From Bacteroidetes bacterium ADurb.Bin217 (GTDB lineage: Bacteria; Bacteroidota; Bacteroidia; Bacteroidales; UBA1715), in assembly GCA_002069975.1 (NCBI GenBank), contig MWCJ01000003.1, positions 17,657 through 81,656 on the forward strand: a DNA stretch of 64,000 nucleotides. Direction: 5' to 3'. Below are positions 15,693 through 24,474 of the stretch, piece by piece (positions within the stretch are counted from its first letter, which is position 1; the number at the start of each line of letters is the position of its first letter). Made by a program: the position numbers and the translations under genes. The notes below the pieces were generated by a model. That model searched no databases. It worked only from the letters and a program-made list of their open reading frames with translations, and was not told the origin of the DNA.

Positions 15693-15880
15693 TTACTCAC
15701 AATTATTTTTATTATTAAAATGTGTTCGTGAGCTCCCTGCGGTCGGTTGCACTCTTTGGCAAAGCATTGGTATGAGCGTTTGCTTGTGGGGCTTTGCCAA
15801 TGTGTGCAATGTGGGTGGGGTTTCTTTCTTTGCGGGGGGAAAGAAAAAAACAAAATAAATTTGGCTCCGCCGAGCTCCAC
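15693..15880. repeat. GC-rich structured intergenic element related to the 9248-9332 repeat
   Basis: TTACTCACAAT (15693-15703) and GTGTTCGTGAG (15722-15732) are exact copies of 9248-9258 and 9278-9288 with matching spacing. Internal stems are 15749-15765/15791-15807 (15 of 17), 15728-15742/15867-15880 and 15821-15828/15839-15846. Confidence 0.5.
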
Positions 15881-16322
15881 TTTGTTCCGGTTCCATCAAA
15901 TTTGCAATGTCCTGTCAAAAAGCTAAATCCTTTCTATCGTTATTAATTATCACTATCGTATCTGTCTGCTCGTCTGTCTTTACACTTGTTGCCAACTATT
16001 ATATACATCAATTTTCATCATACATAGTACAAATCCATAGTTTATCACAAAAATTAATACAATATTTTAATTTTCAAATGTACATAAAAATACTATCACG
16101 CCAAAAAGTTTAGAAAAAAATGATACTAGCGAAATACATATATTTGAATTCAAATAAATGTATACGTACATACCTTTTTCGGCTTATGATAAAAGCTAAG
16201 ACAGAGTATACCCCCTCCTACCTAAAGCCGGTTTTGCTAAGGCAATGATACTGGTTTTAAAAATTGGTTTTTGCCAAGACATACATTATACATAAAGCCA
16301 TCTGTAATCTCAAAAAAAACAT

Positions 16323-16330
16323 TATTTTTG
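16323..16330 (+). promoter_or_regulatory. Bacteroidota -7 promoter box for ychF
   Basis: TATTTTTG lies ~55 nt upstream of ATG 16385. Confidence 0.35.
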
Positions 16331-16384
16331 CAAAAAAAATATGAACCGAGCAATAGCGAGCTCATTGACCGAAGGAAAATAATT

Positions 16385-17482
16385 ATGGGATTAAAATGTG
16401 GAATAGTAGGCTTACCTAATGTAGGAAAATCAACTTTGTTTAATTGTTTAACAAATGCGAAAGCTCAAGCAGCAAATTTTCCGTTTTGTACAATTGAACC
16501 AAATATTGGAATGATAACCGTACCCGATAGTAGACTCAACGAATTGGAAACTATTGTAAAACCCGAACGAGTTGTTCCTACTACTGTAGAAATAGTAGAC
16601 ATAGCGGGTTTAGTAAAAGGTGCAAGTCGTGGCGAAGGATTGGGTAATAAATTTTTGGCAAACATACGCGAAACCGATGCTATTATTCATGTATTGCGTT
16701 GTTTCGAAAACGAAAATATAACCCATGTAGACGGCTCAATAAACCCGGTACGCGACAAAGAAACTATAGACACCGAATTGCAACTGAAAGATTTAGAAAC
16801 TATAGAAGGTAGAATTCAGAAAGTAAAAAAACAAGCTCAAACCGGTGGCGACAAAGAAGCTAAATACGTGTACGATATTTTGGAACGGGTAAAAAAACAT
16901 GTAGAAGCCGGTAAGTCGGTACGAAGTTTAGGATTAGACGATAATGAAATACAAGCAATATACGATTTGCATTTAATTACCCTAAAACCGGTAATGTATG
17001 TGTGCAACGTAGACGAATCGGGAATCAAAGGAAATGCTCATGTAGAGGCATTGAAACAATCGGTTGCTCAAGAACAAGCAGAGGTTTTGGTTCTTGCTAC
17101 AGCTATAGAAGCCGAAATTGCCGAACTCGAAGATCCCGAAGAACGTCAATTATTTTTACAAGATATTGGGCTTGAAGAACCCGGTTTAAACAAACTTATA
17201 CGCACTGCTTATAGCTTACTGAATTTAGAAACATATTTCACCGCAGGTGTTAAAGAAGTAAGAGCATGGACGTATCACAAAGGGTTTAAAGCTCCACAGG
17301 CTGCGGGCGTAATTCACTCCGATTTTGAACGTGGATTTATAAAAGCAGAAGTTATAAAATTTGCCGATTTTATTAAATATGGCTCGGAACAAGCGGTAAA
17401 AGAAGCGGGTAAAATGGCAATGGAAGGAAAAGAATATATAGTGCAAGACGGTGATATAATGCACTTTAAATTTAATGTATAA
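16385..17482 (+). CDS. ychF: redox-regulated ribosome-binding ATPase YchF
   Basis: The start is reset to [20 protein letters not shown] (P-loop). The TGS-like C-terminus is [11 protein letters not shown], and the resulting 365 aa is the canonical length. Confidence 0.95.
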   Translation: MGLKCGIVGLPNVGKSTLFNCLTNAKAQAANFPFCTIEPNIGMITVPDSRLNELETIVKPERVVPTTVEIVDIAGLVKGASRGEGLGNKFLANIRETDAIIHVLRCFENENITHVDGSINPVRDKETIDTELQLKDLETIEGRIQKVKKQAQTGGDKEAKYVYDILERVKKHVEAGKSVRSLGLDDNEIQAIYDLHLITLKPVMYVCNVDESGIKGNAHVEALKQSVAQEQAEVLVLATAIEAEIAELEDPEERQLFLQDIGLEEPGLNKLIRTAYSLLNLETYFTAGVKEVRAWTYHKGFKAPQAAGVIHSDFERGFIKAEVIKFADFIKYGSEQAVKEAGKMAMEGKEYIVQDGDIMHFKFNV

Positions 17483-17485
17483 AGT

Positions 17486-18100
17486 ATGGAAATGACAGAT
17501 TCCATAATATCAATACTCGACTTTACGGGTACTTTTGCCTTTGCGGTAAGCGGGGCATTGGCTGCTGCCGAAAAAAAGTTTGATTTGTTTGGTGCTGTTT
17601 TTCTTGGATTTGTTACTGCTATAGGTGGTGGTACCATGCGCGACATGATGTTGGGCAATACTCCGGTAGCTTGGTTGCATGATATTCGTATTTTTTACAC
17701 TATTGTTATAGCTGTAGTATTTACATTTTTGTTTCGTCCCACTATTATACGTTTTACCAAAGCATTGTTTTTGTTCGATACTATAGGCATAAGCGTATTT
17801 ACTATTATAGGATTACAAAAAGGTTTAGGAGTAGATATTCACGCACCTATTGCTGTAATGATGGGAATAACAACTGCGGTAATGGGAGGAATTATTCGCG
17901 ATGTTTTATGCAACGATATTCCGCTTATTTTTCATAAAGAAATATATGCAACTGCATGTTTGCTTGGCGGGATTATTTATTTGGGATTATTATACCTTAA
18001 TGTTTCTGAATCTATTATTATAGTAACTGCAGCTACATCTATTTTTATAGTTCGCACACTCAGCGTTCGGTATAAATGGTCGCTTCCTAAATTTAAATAG
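17486..18100 (+). CDS. trimeric intracellular cation channel family protein (UPF0126/YadS-like)
   Basis: Two repeats with GGGTMRD / GGIIRDV motifs and seven predicted hydrophobic helices. Confidence 0.8.
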   Translation: MEMTDSIISILDFTGTFAFAVSGALAAAEKKFDLFGAVFLGFVTAIGGGTMRDMMLGNTPVAWLHDIRIFYTIVIAVVFTFLFRPTIIRFTKALFLFDTIGISVFTIIGLQKGLGVDIHAPIAVMMGITTAVMGGIIRDVLCNDIPLIFHKEIYATACLLGGIIYLGLLYLNVSESIIIVTAATSIFIVRTLSVRYKWSLPKFK

Positions 18101-18115
18101 CGTACATTTTTAGTT

Positions 18116-18658
18116 TCATTCGGGACTAATAGAAAACATGCTAAAATTTACTTTTCCGTATTGTTTGGTTTTTAAGTAATACTGATGTGCAGCATACGAA
18201 ACTGTTGCCGGATGTTCAATAATAACTAATGTTTCGGAATCTACCGCTTGCGAAGAAAAAATATAATCGGGAATAGTTTCAATCCATGGCAAATCATAGG
18301 GAGGGTCGGCAAAAATTACCGAAAAACTTCGATAGGCAATCTTCAAAAAATCGCGTACATCGTTAGTAACTACACGAATTCCATCTAATGACAGTTCACT
18401 TACTGTTTTTTTTATAAATCCGGCATGTTTTGCTTCTCGTTCTACACACACTATATCGGTACAACCACGCGATGCAAATTCAAGGCTTATACTACCTATT
18501 CCGGCAAATAAATCAAGGAACGAACAATCATCAAAATCGTACATATTTGATAGAATGTTGAACAAACTTTCTTTGGCAAAATCGGTGGTTGGACGAAGTT
18601 TGAAATATGAAGGAGCTACAATGTGCTTACCTTTGCATGTACCACTTATTATTCGCAT
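18116..18658 (-). CDS. rsmD: 16S rRNA (guanine966-N2)-methyltransferase
   Basis: MRIISGTCKGK start, FAGIGSISLEF SAM-binding loop and the ADPPY catalytic motif. Confidence 0.85.
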   Translation of the reverse strand: MRIISGTCKGKHIVAPSYFKLRPTTDFAKESLFNILSNMYDFDDCSFLDLFAGIGSISLEFASRGCTDIVCVEREAKHAGFIKKTVSELSLDGIRVVTNDVRDFLKIAYRSFSVIFADPPYDLPWIETIPDYIFSSQAVDSETLVIIEHPATVSYAAHQYYLKTKQYGKVNFSMFSISPE

Positions 18659-19503
18659 AACGACACATTACACACATTACAAAACAATGGATACAACGAT
18701 TGATTAAACGGATATTGCATAAACCCCTTGTGTGATTGAGGCGGCTCAACAATAGACACATTCTTAATAAACATACATGCTGATTCAAAATAGTGCGAAG
18801 CTTTACTTATAATACCCGACAATAGTAATTGTTGTTCCATAGGATGCAATCGTAATTGTTCGAACACATGCAGCACATAATACATATAGTCATTATTGTT
18901 GGAATACTCGAATGTATTATACAAAATTATTTTTTGCCCCTCTACTACAGCTATATCAAAAAACGTTTGTTCTAACGATACAAATACATTTTTTTGAACC
19001 ATTAATTTATTTTGAATACAAGATGATTCTAAAAATGGTGCTGCTTGCGGAAGAATCTGAATATGAGTACCAAATGAGGCATAACATTCATCTATAATAG
19101 TTTGGGGCACGGCATATAACAAATAGCCTTCGGTGTGTTTTAACTTGTACTGTAAAATAGCCTCGCTTGGAAGTCGCACATGGTTGGCTTCGTACAACAA
19201 CGCTACGGTATGTTCCGAAAAAAGAGACGATGGTATAATCGTAATTTTAGGAGTAACATAGATTATTGTAATTTTTTGAAAAGTTTGTTGCAACAAATCA
19301 TGTTTGAAAAAAGATTGAAGAGCACCAACATACTTCTGAATTTCTAACGACTCCTCTATTTTTGTATGAAATACAGCCAAAAGATCATCGGTATCAACAG
19401 ATTGTATTACAAAAGAAAATCCATCGGGCCTAAGCGAGATGGATATTTTTTGAACATATGATTGTTTTGAATAATCTACTACTGTATGAAATATATCTTG
19501 CAT
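18649..19503 (-). CDS. DUF3822-like protein
   Basis: Conserved partner upstream of rsmD in Bacteroidota, overlapping rsmD by 10 nt. The family assignment is from memory. Confidence 0.55.
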   Translation of the reverse strand: MQDIFHTVVDYSKQSYVQKISISLRPDGFSFVIQSVDTDDLLAVFHTKIEESLEIQKYVGALQSFFKHDLLQQTFQKITIIYVTPKITIIPSSLFSEHTVALLYEANHVRLPSEAILQYKLKHTEGYLLYAVPQTIIDECYASFGTHIQILPQAAPFLESSCIQNKLMVQKNVFVSLEQTFFDIAVVEGQKIILYNTFEYSNNNDYMYYVLHVFEQLRLHPMEQQLLLSGIISKASHYFESACMFIKNVSIVEPPQSHKGFMQYPFNQSLYPLFCNVCNVSLCE

Positions 19504-19508
19504 AGAAT

Positions 19509-20129
19509 TTATTCCCAGTTACCCTCGGTTGATGCTTCATCAATTTTTCCTACACGTACCCCCTCAAATCCACTTCGAACACGAGAATTTTCTTTTGCAT
19601 TAATAATTAACTGTTTATCTAACCCTTTGAGTAATACATCCCAGGTTACACCTACTTCAAATGTTGGCATTTTAATACCACCCGCCATTACAGAACCTGA
19701 TTTTATAGTAAATTCTTGGTCGGTTTCAGGCACATAGCGTAATTCTTTTAATTCCTTTTCATCGGCAATAATACCATCGGCAATTAATTTTTCAATAGCC
19801 GGACGTTTTACTTTTTTAATAAAAGCTCTTCCTTCTGCCACAGCAGCAGAGTCTTCCATATCGCCTTCTTTGTAATCAAACACTAATGAATCTTTCAGAG
19901 CAAATTCAATTAAACTTTCCCAAGAATTTGAATAAGTGTCATGTTTTGATTCATATACATTTTGCAAATCACGAATTTTAATAAGTTTTTCTACAACTAA
20001 TTCTTGTTTACGTGCTTTTTCGTTTTCAAATTCAATATTTGTATTTACACTATTATATACTAAAAACGACAGCAATACTATAACTCCTAACAATCCTATT
20101 TCAATTGCAATTTTTACTTTTTTATTCAT
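19509..20129 (-). CDS. hypothetical membrane-anchored protein
   Basis: A single N-terminal TM helix (IAIEIGLLGVIVLLSFLVY) followed by a soluble domain. Confidence 0.5.
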   Translation of the reverse strand: MNKKVKIAIEIGLLGVIVLLSFLVYNSVNTNIEFENEKARKQELVVEKLIKIRDLQNVYESKHDTYSNSWESLIEFALKDSLVFDYKEGDMEDSAAVAEGRAFIKKVKRPAIEKLIADGIIADEKELKELRYVPETDQEFTIKSGSVMAGGIKMPTFEVGVTWDVLLKGLDKQLIINAKENSRVRSGFEGVRVGKIDEASTEGNWE

Positions 20130-20221
20130 TGTATTTAAATATTAAATTACCTTTGTTGAAAGTACAAATATAGAATAATATTTTTTTTCTGTCTATTAAT
20201 TAAATCCTATTTTTTTTGTAA

Positions 20222-21667
20222 ATGTTACAAGATTTTATAAAAACCAAAATAAAAGAAAACCTTCCGCATGTTCCAACCAACGACCAACACAATGTAATAC
20301 ATGCAATTGCCGATTTTTTAAAATCATCAGACGAAGTATTTATTCTTACCGGATATGCAGGAACAGGAAAAACAACCATAATACAAGCCATAGTAAAAAC
20401 TTTAGATGAATGTTCTATTCCAACCGTATTACTTGCTCCAACAGGACGAGCAGCTAAAGTATTACACAATTACACGCAAAAATCGGCATATACAATTCAC
20501 AAAAAAATATACAGACAAACAATAGCCGGAGGCATTCAAAAATTTTCGCTACAATATAATGCAACCCCCAATGCTATATATATAGTAGACGAAGCATCTA
20601 TGCTGTCGAATCAATCGGGCGAACAATCTATGTTTGGAAGTGGCTTATTGTTCGACGATCTTACAGAATTTGTTTTTTCTAATAAAAGGTGCAAACTTAT
20701 ATTGGTGGGCGATACGGCACAGTTGCCACCAATAGGATTACCATACAGTCCGGCATTAGACTCAACATACGTTGAGCAATCATATCTTAAAACATGCAAA
20801 TCGGGTGTACTGTCCGATGTTGTTCGTCAATCGCAAGAATCGGGTATATTATATAATGCAACCCTTATTCGACAACTTATAGATACGGGAACAATTACGT
20901 TTCCAAAATTTACAATTCAACATACTGATTTTGTAAGCATTACCGGAAGTGAATTACTCGAATGTTTAGAGTCGTCGTATGCAAAAAAAGGTCAGGAGAA
21001 TACTATAATAATAACTCGCAGCAATAAATTGGCAAACAGATACAACCAAGGTATACGACAAACTATATTATGGCGAGATTCCGAAATATCGGTAGGTGAT
21101 TATATTATGATAGTAAAAAACAATTACTTCTGGACACAAGATATACCCGAAATAGATTTTTTGGCAAATGGCGATATTGTTAAAATTGTAGCAGTTACAA
21201 AATATGAAACGATGTACAATCTTAATTTTGCACATGTAATTATAGAATGTCCCGACTATAATAATATACGCATAAAAACCAAAGTTGTACTCAACACATT
21301 ATATTCCGAATCGCCTTCGTTTACCCGCAGCGAACAGCAAAATTTTTACGAAGAAGTAATGCTTGATTATGCTGATTTTACAAGCAAAAAGAAAAAATAT
21401 GATGAATTACGAAAAAATGAATACTTTCAAGCTTTACAAATAAAATTTGCATATGCTGTTACCTGTCATAAAGCCCAAGGCGGACAATGGAATGATGTAT
21501 ACATTGACCATGGGTACTTTATAGATTCTATGCTCGATATAGATTTTTTGCGTTGGCTCTATACAGCAATTACACGAGCTACCGAAACTTTATATTTAGT
21601 AAACTTCAAAGACGATTTTTTTGCAAAATCTGAGACAAAAAAAACTATCAAGAAAAAAAAATTTTGA
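20222..21667 (+). CDS. RecD-like SF1 DNA helicase (AAA_30 + UvrD_C_2)
   Basis: Walker A GYAGTGKTT, Walker B IYIVDEASM, and motif VI-like AVTCHKAQGGQW. Confidence 0.8.
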   Translation: MLQDFIKTKIKENLPHVPTNDQHNVIHAIADFLKSSDEVFILTGYAGTGKTTIIQAIVKTLDECSIPTVLLAPTGRAAKVLHNYTQKSAYTIHKKIYRQTIAGGIQKFSLQYNATPNAIYIVDEASMLSNQSGEQSMFGSGLLFDDLTEFVFSNKRCKLILVGDTAQLPPIGLPYSPALDSTYVEQSYLKTCKSGVLSDVVRQSQESGILYNATLIRQLIDTGTITFPKFTIQHTDFVSITGSELLECLESSYAKKGQENTIIITRSNKLANRYNQGIRQTILWRDSEISVGDYIMIVKNNYFWTQDIPEIDFLANGDIVKIVAVTKYETMYNLNFAHVIIECPDYNNIRIKTKVVLNTLYSESPSFTRSEQQNFYEEVMLDYADFTSKKKKYDELRKNEYFQALQIKFAYAVTCHKAQGGQWNDVYIDHGYFIDSMLDIDFLRWLYTAITRATETLYLVNFKDDFFAKSETKKTIKKKKF

Positions 21668-21675
21668 TGGTTTTG

Positions 21676-21809
21676 AGTAACTGTTTAATATCTGAGCTTG
21701 AGTTACATAAAAATCGAATGGAATAACATTTCTATGTGGAGCGATTTTTAAGAAATATGAAGTTCAAAGAAACAAAAAGTAATCATAAATTGAAATTTAA
21801 ACAGTTACT
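21676..21809. repeat. 134 bp nested inverted-repeat element downstream of helicase gene
   Basis: AGTAACTGTTTAA (21676-21688) pairs with TTAAACAGTTACT (21797-21809), and the inner stem is TAAAAATCG/CGATTTTTA (21707-21715 / 21741-21749). The element contains 21752-21778, which recurs inverted at 23531-23559. Confidence 0.45.
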
Positions 21810-21910
21810 TACTTGTAATTCATATTTTTTTTGTATGTTTGATTGCGTGTATATTCACAAAAAGGATTTAGAATACATCGTACTTTTTTAGGGAATCTTA
21901 TTTTATTACA

Positions 21911-22300
21911 ATGAAAGTAATTGACATTAACCATACGGATAAAACTCCAGAAGTTATATTCGATACCGAACTTCGCGAATTTCGCATCAACGGGTATTCA
22001 CGCCCCGAAAACATTAGGGAATTTTATGTTCCTATACTCAATACATTGCAAAAAGAGTTTTCATCTATTGTAAGTTCAGGAGATACTAATCTATACAGCT
22101 TTCATTTTCAACTCGAATACTATAATTCTTCATCGGCAAAATTTATATCTGATATTATAAAAGTAATAAAACAATATGCCGATACCGGTTTGCATGTTTC
22201 AATTTTATGGTATTTCGACAAAGACGACGATGAAATGCAAGAAGCCGGCGAGGATTTTTCGTCTATTTCGAATATTCCTTTTAAATATATTGCAGTATAA
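21911..22300 (+). CDS. SiaC-family (DUF1987) regulatory protein
   Basis: N-terminus TPEVIFDTELREFRINGYSRPENIREFYVPIL in a ~129 aa protein. This pattern is typical of DUF1987. Confidence 0.6.
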   Translation: MKVIDINHTDKTPEVIFDTELREFRINGYSRPENIREFYVPILNTLQKEFSSIVSSGDTNLYSFHFQLEYYNSSSAKFISDIIKVIKQYADTGLHVSILWYFDKDDDEMQEAGEDFSSISNIPFKYIAV

Positions 22301-22315
22301 ATTCCAAAGTTTATA

Positions 22316-22323
22316 TATTTTTG
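22316..22323 (+). promoter_or_regulatory. Bacteroidota -7 promoter box
   Basis: TATTTTTG lies 23 nt upstream of ATG 22346. Confidence 0.35.
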
Positions 22324-22345
22324 CGGCTCAATTTATATTTATACT

Positions 22346-23509
22346 ATGCCCAAAATAGTTCGCATTCTCAATAGATTTAATGTAGGCGGCCCTACATACA
22401 ATGTTGCGTATCTCACAAAATACATTTCGCCAAACTATACCACGGTATTGGTTGGAGGTCAAAAAAACGATAACGAGGCAAGTTCCGAATACATATTACA
22501 ACAACTCAATATATCGTATACCATAATCCCCGAAATGAGACGAAGTATTGGAATTTGGAGCGACATTCAAGCATTGCGAAGAATAATACGCATACTAAAA
22601 ACAGAAAAACCCGATATAGTACATACACATGCCGCCAAAGCAGGCACATTGGGTAGAATAGCAGCTTGGTATTGTGGTGTTCCCTATATTTACCATACCT
22701 TTCACGGTCACGTTTTTCACTCATACTTTAATCCCATAATTACTAAATTTTTTATAGTAATTGAAAAACTCTTGGCATCGCGATGCACTGCAATTGTGGC
22801 AATAAGTGAATTACAAAAGCATGAATTAGGGACCGTATTTTCTATTTGTTCTCCGCAAAAAATTGAAATAATTCCATTAGGATTTGATTTAGAAAAATTT
22901 ACCCAAAATCTCGATGAAAAACGAAAACAGTTCCGACAAACATACTCTATAGCCGACAACGAAATAGCAATAGGTATAGTGGGCAGATTGGTACCAATAA
23001 AAAATCACCCTCTTTTTATCGAAGCATTTTCGCACTGTTTGGCAAAAACAACAAAGTCTATTCGTGCATTTATAATTGGAGATGGAGAAATACGAGCACA
23101 ATTAGAAGAACTCTGGAACTCATTGGAACCTGATATTCATACTTCTAAACTCACTTTCACATCGTGGATTCAAGAAGTAGATGTAGCATATGCCGGTTTA
23201 GATATAGTATGCCTCACATCGCATAACGAAGGTACTCCCGTAAGTTTAATTGAGGCTCAAGCAGCAGGAAAACCTATAGTTTCAACAAATGTTGGTGGAA
23301 TTCAAAACATAGTAGAAGAAAACAAAACAGCATTACTTACCACAAAATCAGTAACCGATTTTACAGAAAAACTACTTCAAATTATTGAAAATGATGAACT
23401 CAGAGAAACTATGTCGGCATATTCTCAAACATTTTCGACAGAAAAATTCAGCTATAAACGATTATGTTTAGATATGGAGGGTATGTACGAAAAATATATG
23501 AGAAACTGA
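22346..23509 (+). CDS. glycosyltransferase family 4
   Basis: GT-B C-terminal E-x7-E region (HNEGTPVSLIEAQAAGKPIVSTNVGG). Confidence 0.85.
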   Translation: MPKIVRILNRFNVGGPTYNVAYLTKYISPNYTTVLVGGQKNDNEASSEYILQQLNISYTIIPEMRRSIGIWSDIQALRRIIRILKTEKPDIVHTHAAKAGTLGRIAAWYCGVPYIYHTFHGHVFHSYFNPIITKFFIVIEKLLASRCTAIVAISELQKHELGTVFSICSPQKIEIIPLGFDLEKFTQNLDEKRKQFRQTYSIADNEIAIGIVGRLVPIKNHPLFIEAFSHCLAKTTKSIRAFIIGDGEIRAQLEELWNSLEPDIHTSKLTFTSWIQEVDVAYAGLDIVCLTSHNEGTPVSLIEAQAAGKPIVSTNVGGIQNIVEENKTALLTTKSVTDFTEKLLQIIENDELRETMSAYSQTFSTEKFSYKRLCLDMEGMYEKYMRN

Positions 23510-23684
23510 TAAATTTCATTATGTAATAAATTTTTGTTCTTTTGAACTTCATATTTCATAAAAACCTCCAAAAATTTTAATTAAAAAACAAAATCCAAAC
23601 AGTTTCTAAAAAAAATTAACCCGAAAAAAACATAGAAAATCACATAAAAATCATATTTTACACAAGCTCTAACAAAAAAAATAT

Positions 23685-23692
23685 TATTTTTG
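23685..23692 (+). promoter_or_regulatory. Bacteroidota -7 promoter box
   Basis: TATTTTTG lies 22 nt upstream of ATG 23714. Confidence 0.35.
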
Positions 23693-23713
23693 ATAAAAAT
23701 TTAACATTTTCAG

Positions 23714-24472
23714 ATGGGGCGATTTTTAATTTTTCTTTCAATTATTATTTCACTTTTGGGTACTTCGTGTAAAACATTAAGCCCGACAGTAATGTTCGAA
23801 ACCGACAAAAATTTTGAATACAAAACATTTTCGAGTACTCCCAAAATCACTATCCTTCAACCATACGATCAAATCCAAATTTTAATGTCTACCAATAATG
23901 GGAATACATTACTTGAAAGTGCATTAGGTCAAGACCGAAACTTAATTACATCAACAAGCCAGTCGGGGATTAGCTATTTGATAAGACAAGACAGTACCGT
24001 AAAAATTCCAACCTTAGGATTAGTAAAATTAGGAGGTATTTCAAAAGATTCGGCAGAAGTATATTTAGAAAAAGAATTAAGTAAATATTATCAAGACCCG
24101 TATATTAAAATTACAATTACCAACCGTAACGTAATTTTATTTTTTGAAGAAGGCACACAAGGAACCGAAGTAGGAATCCCCGAAGAAGGCATAACCTTGC
24201 TCGAAGCCATAGCTCAAGTGGGAGGTTTAACACCAAACAGTAAAGCATACAAAATTAAATTGATTCGTGGCGACAACAAAAACCCCGAAGTATACAATTT
24301 CAATATCAGCAGTTTAGAAGAATTTAAAAAAGCAAATTTTATATTACAAGCCAACGATATAATTTATGTAGACTCTCGTCCTCGATACGTAACAAAAGTC
24401 ATTTCAGAGATTCAACCATATTTAGTATTGATGTCTACCAGCGTATTAGTATATAGCATATTTACCCGATAA
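23714..24472 (+). CDS. polysaccharide export protein (Wza-like, Poly_export + SLBB)
   Basis: Lipoprotein-type signal (LLGTSCK), VKIPTLGLVKLGGIS and GITLLEAIAQVGGLT motifs. Confidence 0.8.
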   Translation: MGRFLIFLSIIISLLGTSCKTLSPTVMFETDKNFEYKTFSSTPKITILQPYDQIQILMSTNNGNTLLESALGQDRNLITSTSQSGISYLIRQDSTVKIPTLGLVKLGGISKDSAEVYLEKELSKYYQDPYIKITITNRNVILFFEEGTQGTEVGIPEEGITLLEAIAQVGGLTPNSKAYKIKLIRGDNKNPEVYNFNISSLEEFKKANFILQANDIIYVDSRPRYVTKVISEIQPYLVLMSTSVLVYSIFTR

Positions 24473-24474
24473 GC

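Noticed and set aside
15641-15918. Three overlapping minus-strand ORFs (79, 68 and 67 aa) in all three frames.
   Set aside because: They occupy the same GC-rich structured DNA and have no start context or recognisable protein features. Open frames are expected wherever AT-rich stop codons are rare. The region is treated as a repeat or possible RNA element instead.
4481-16262. Possibility that the repeated intergenic elements form a CRISPR array.
   Set aside because: The repeats are long (100-260 bp), internally palindromic, non-identical and separated by full-length genes. There are no short, regularly spaced direct repeats and no cas genes.
16271-16384. N-terminal 38 aa extension of the ychF ORF in the track.
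   Set aside because: The extension covers the predicted -7 promoter box (16323-16330). Canonical YchF begins at [16 protein letters not shown] (16385).
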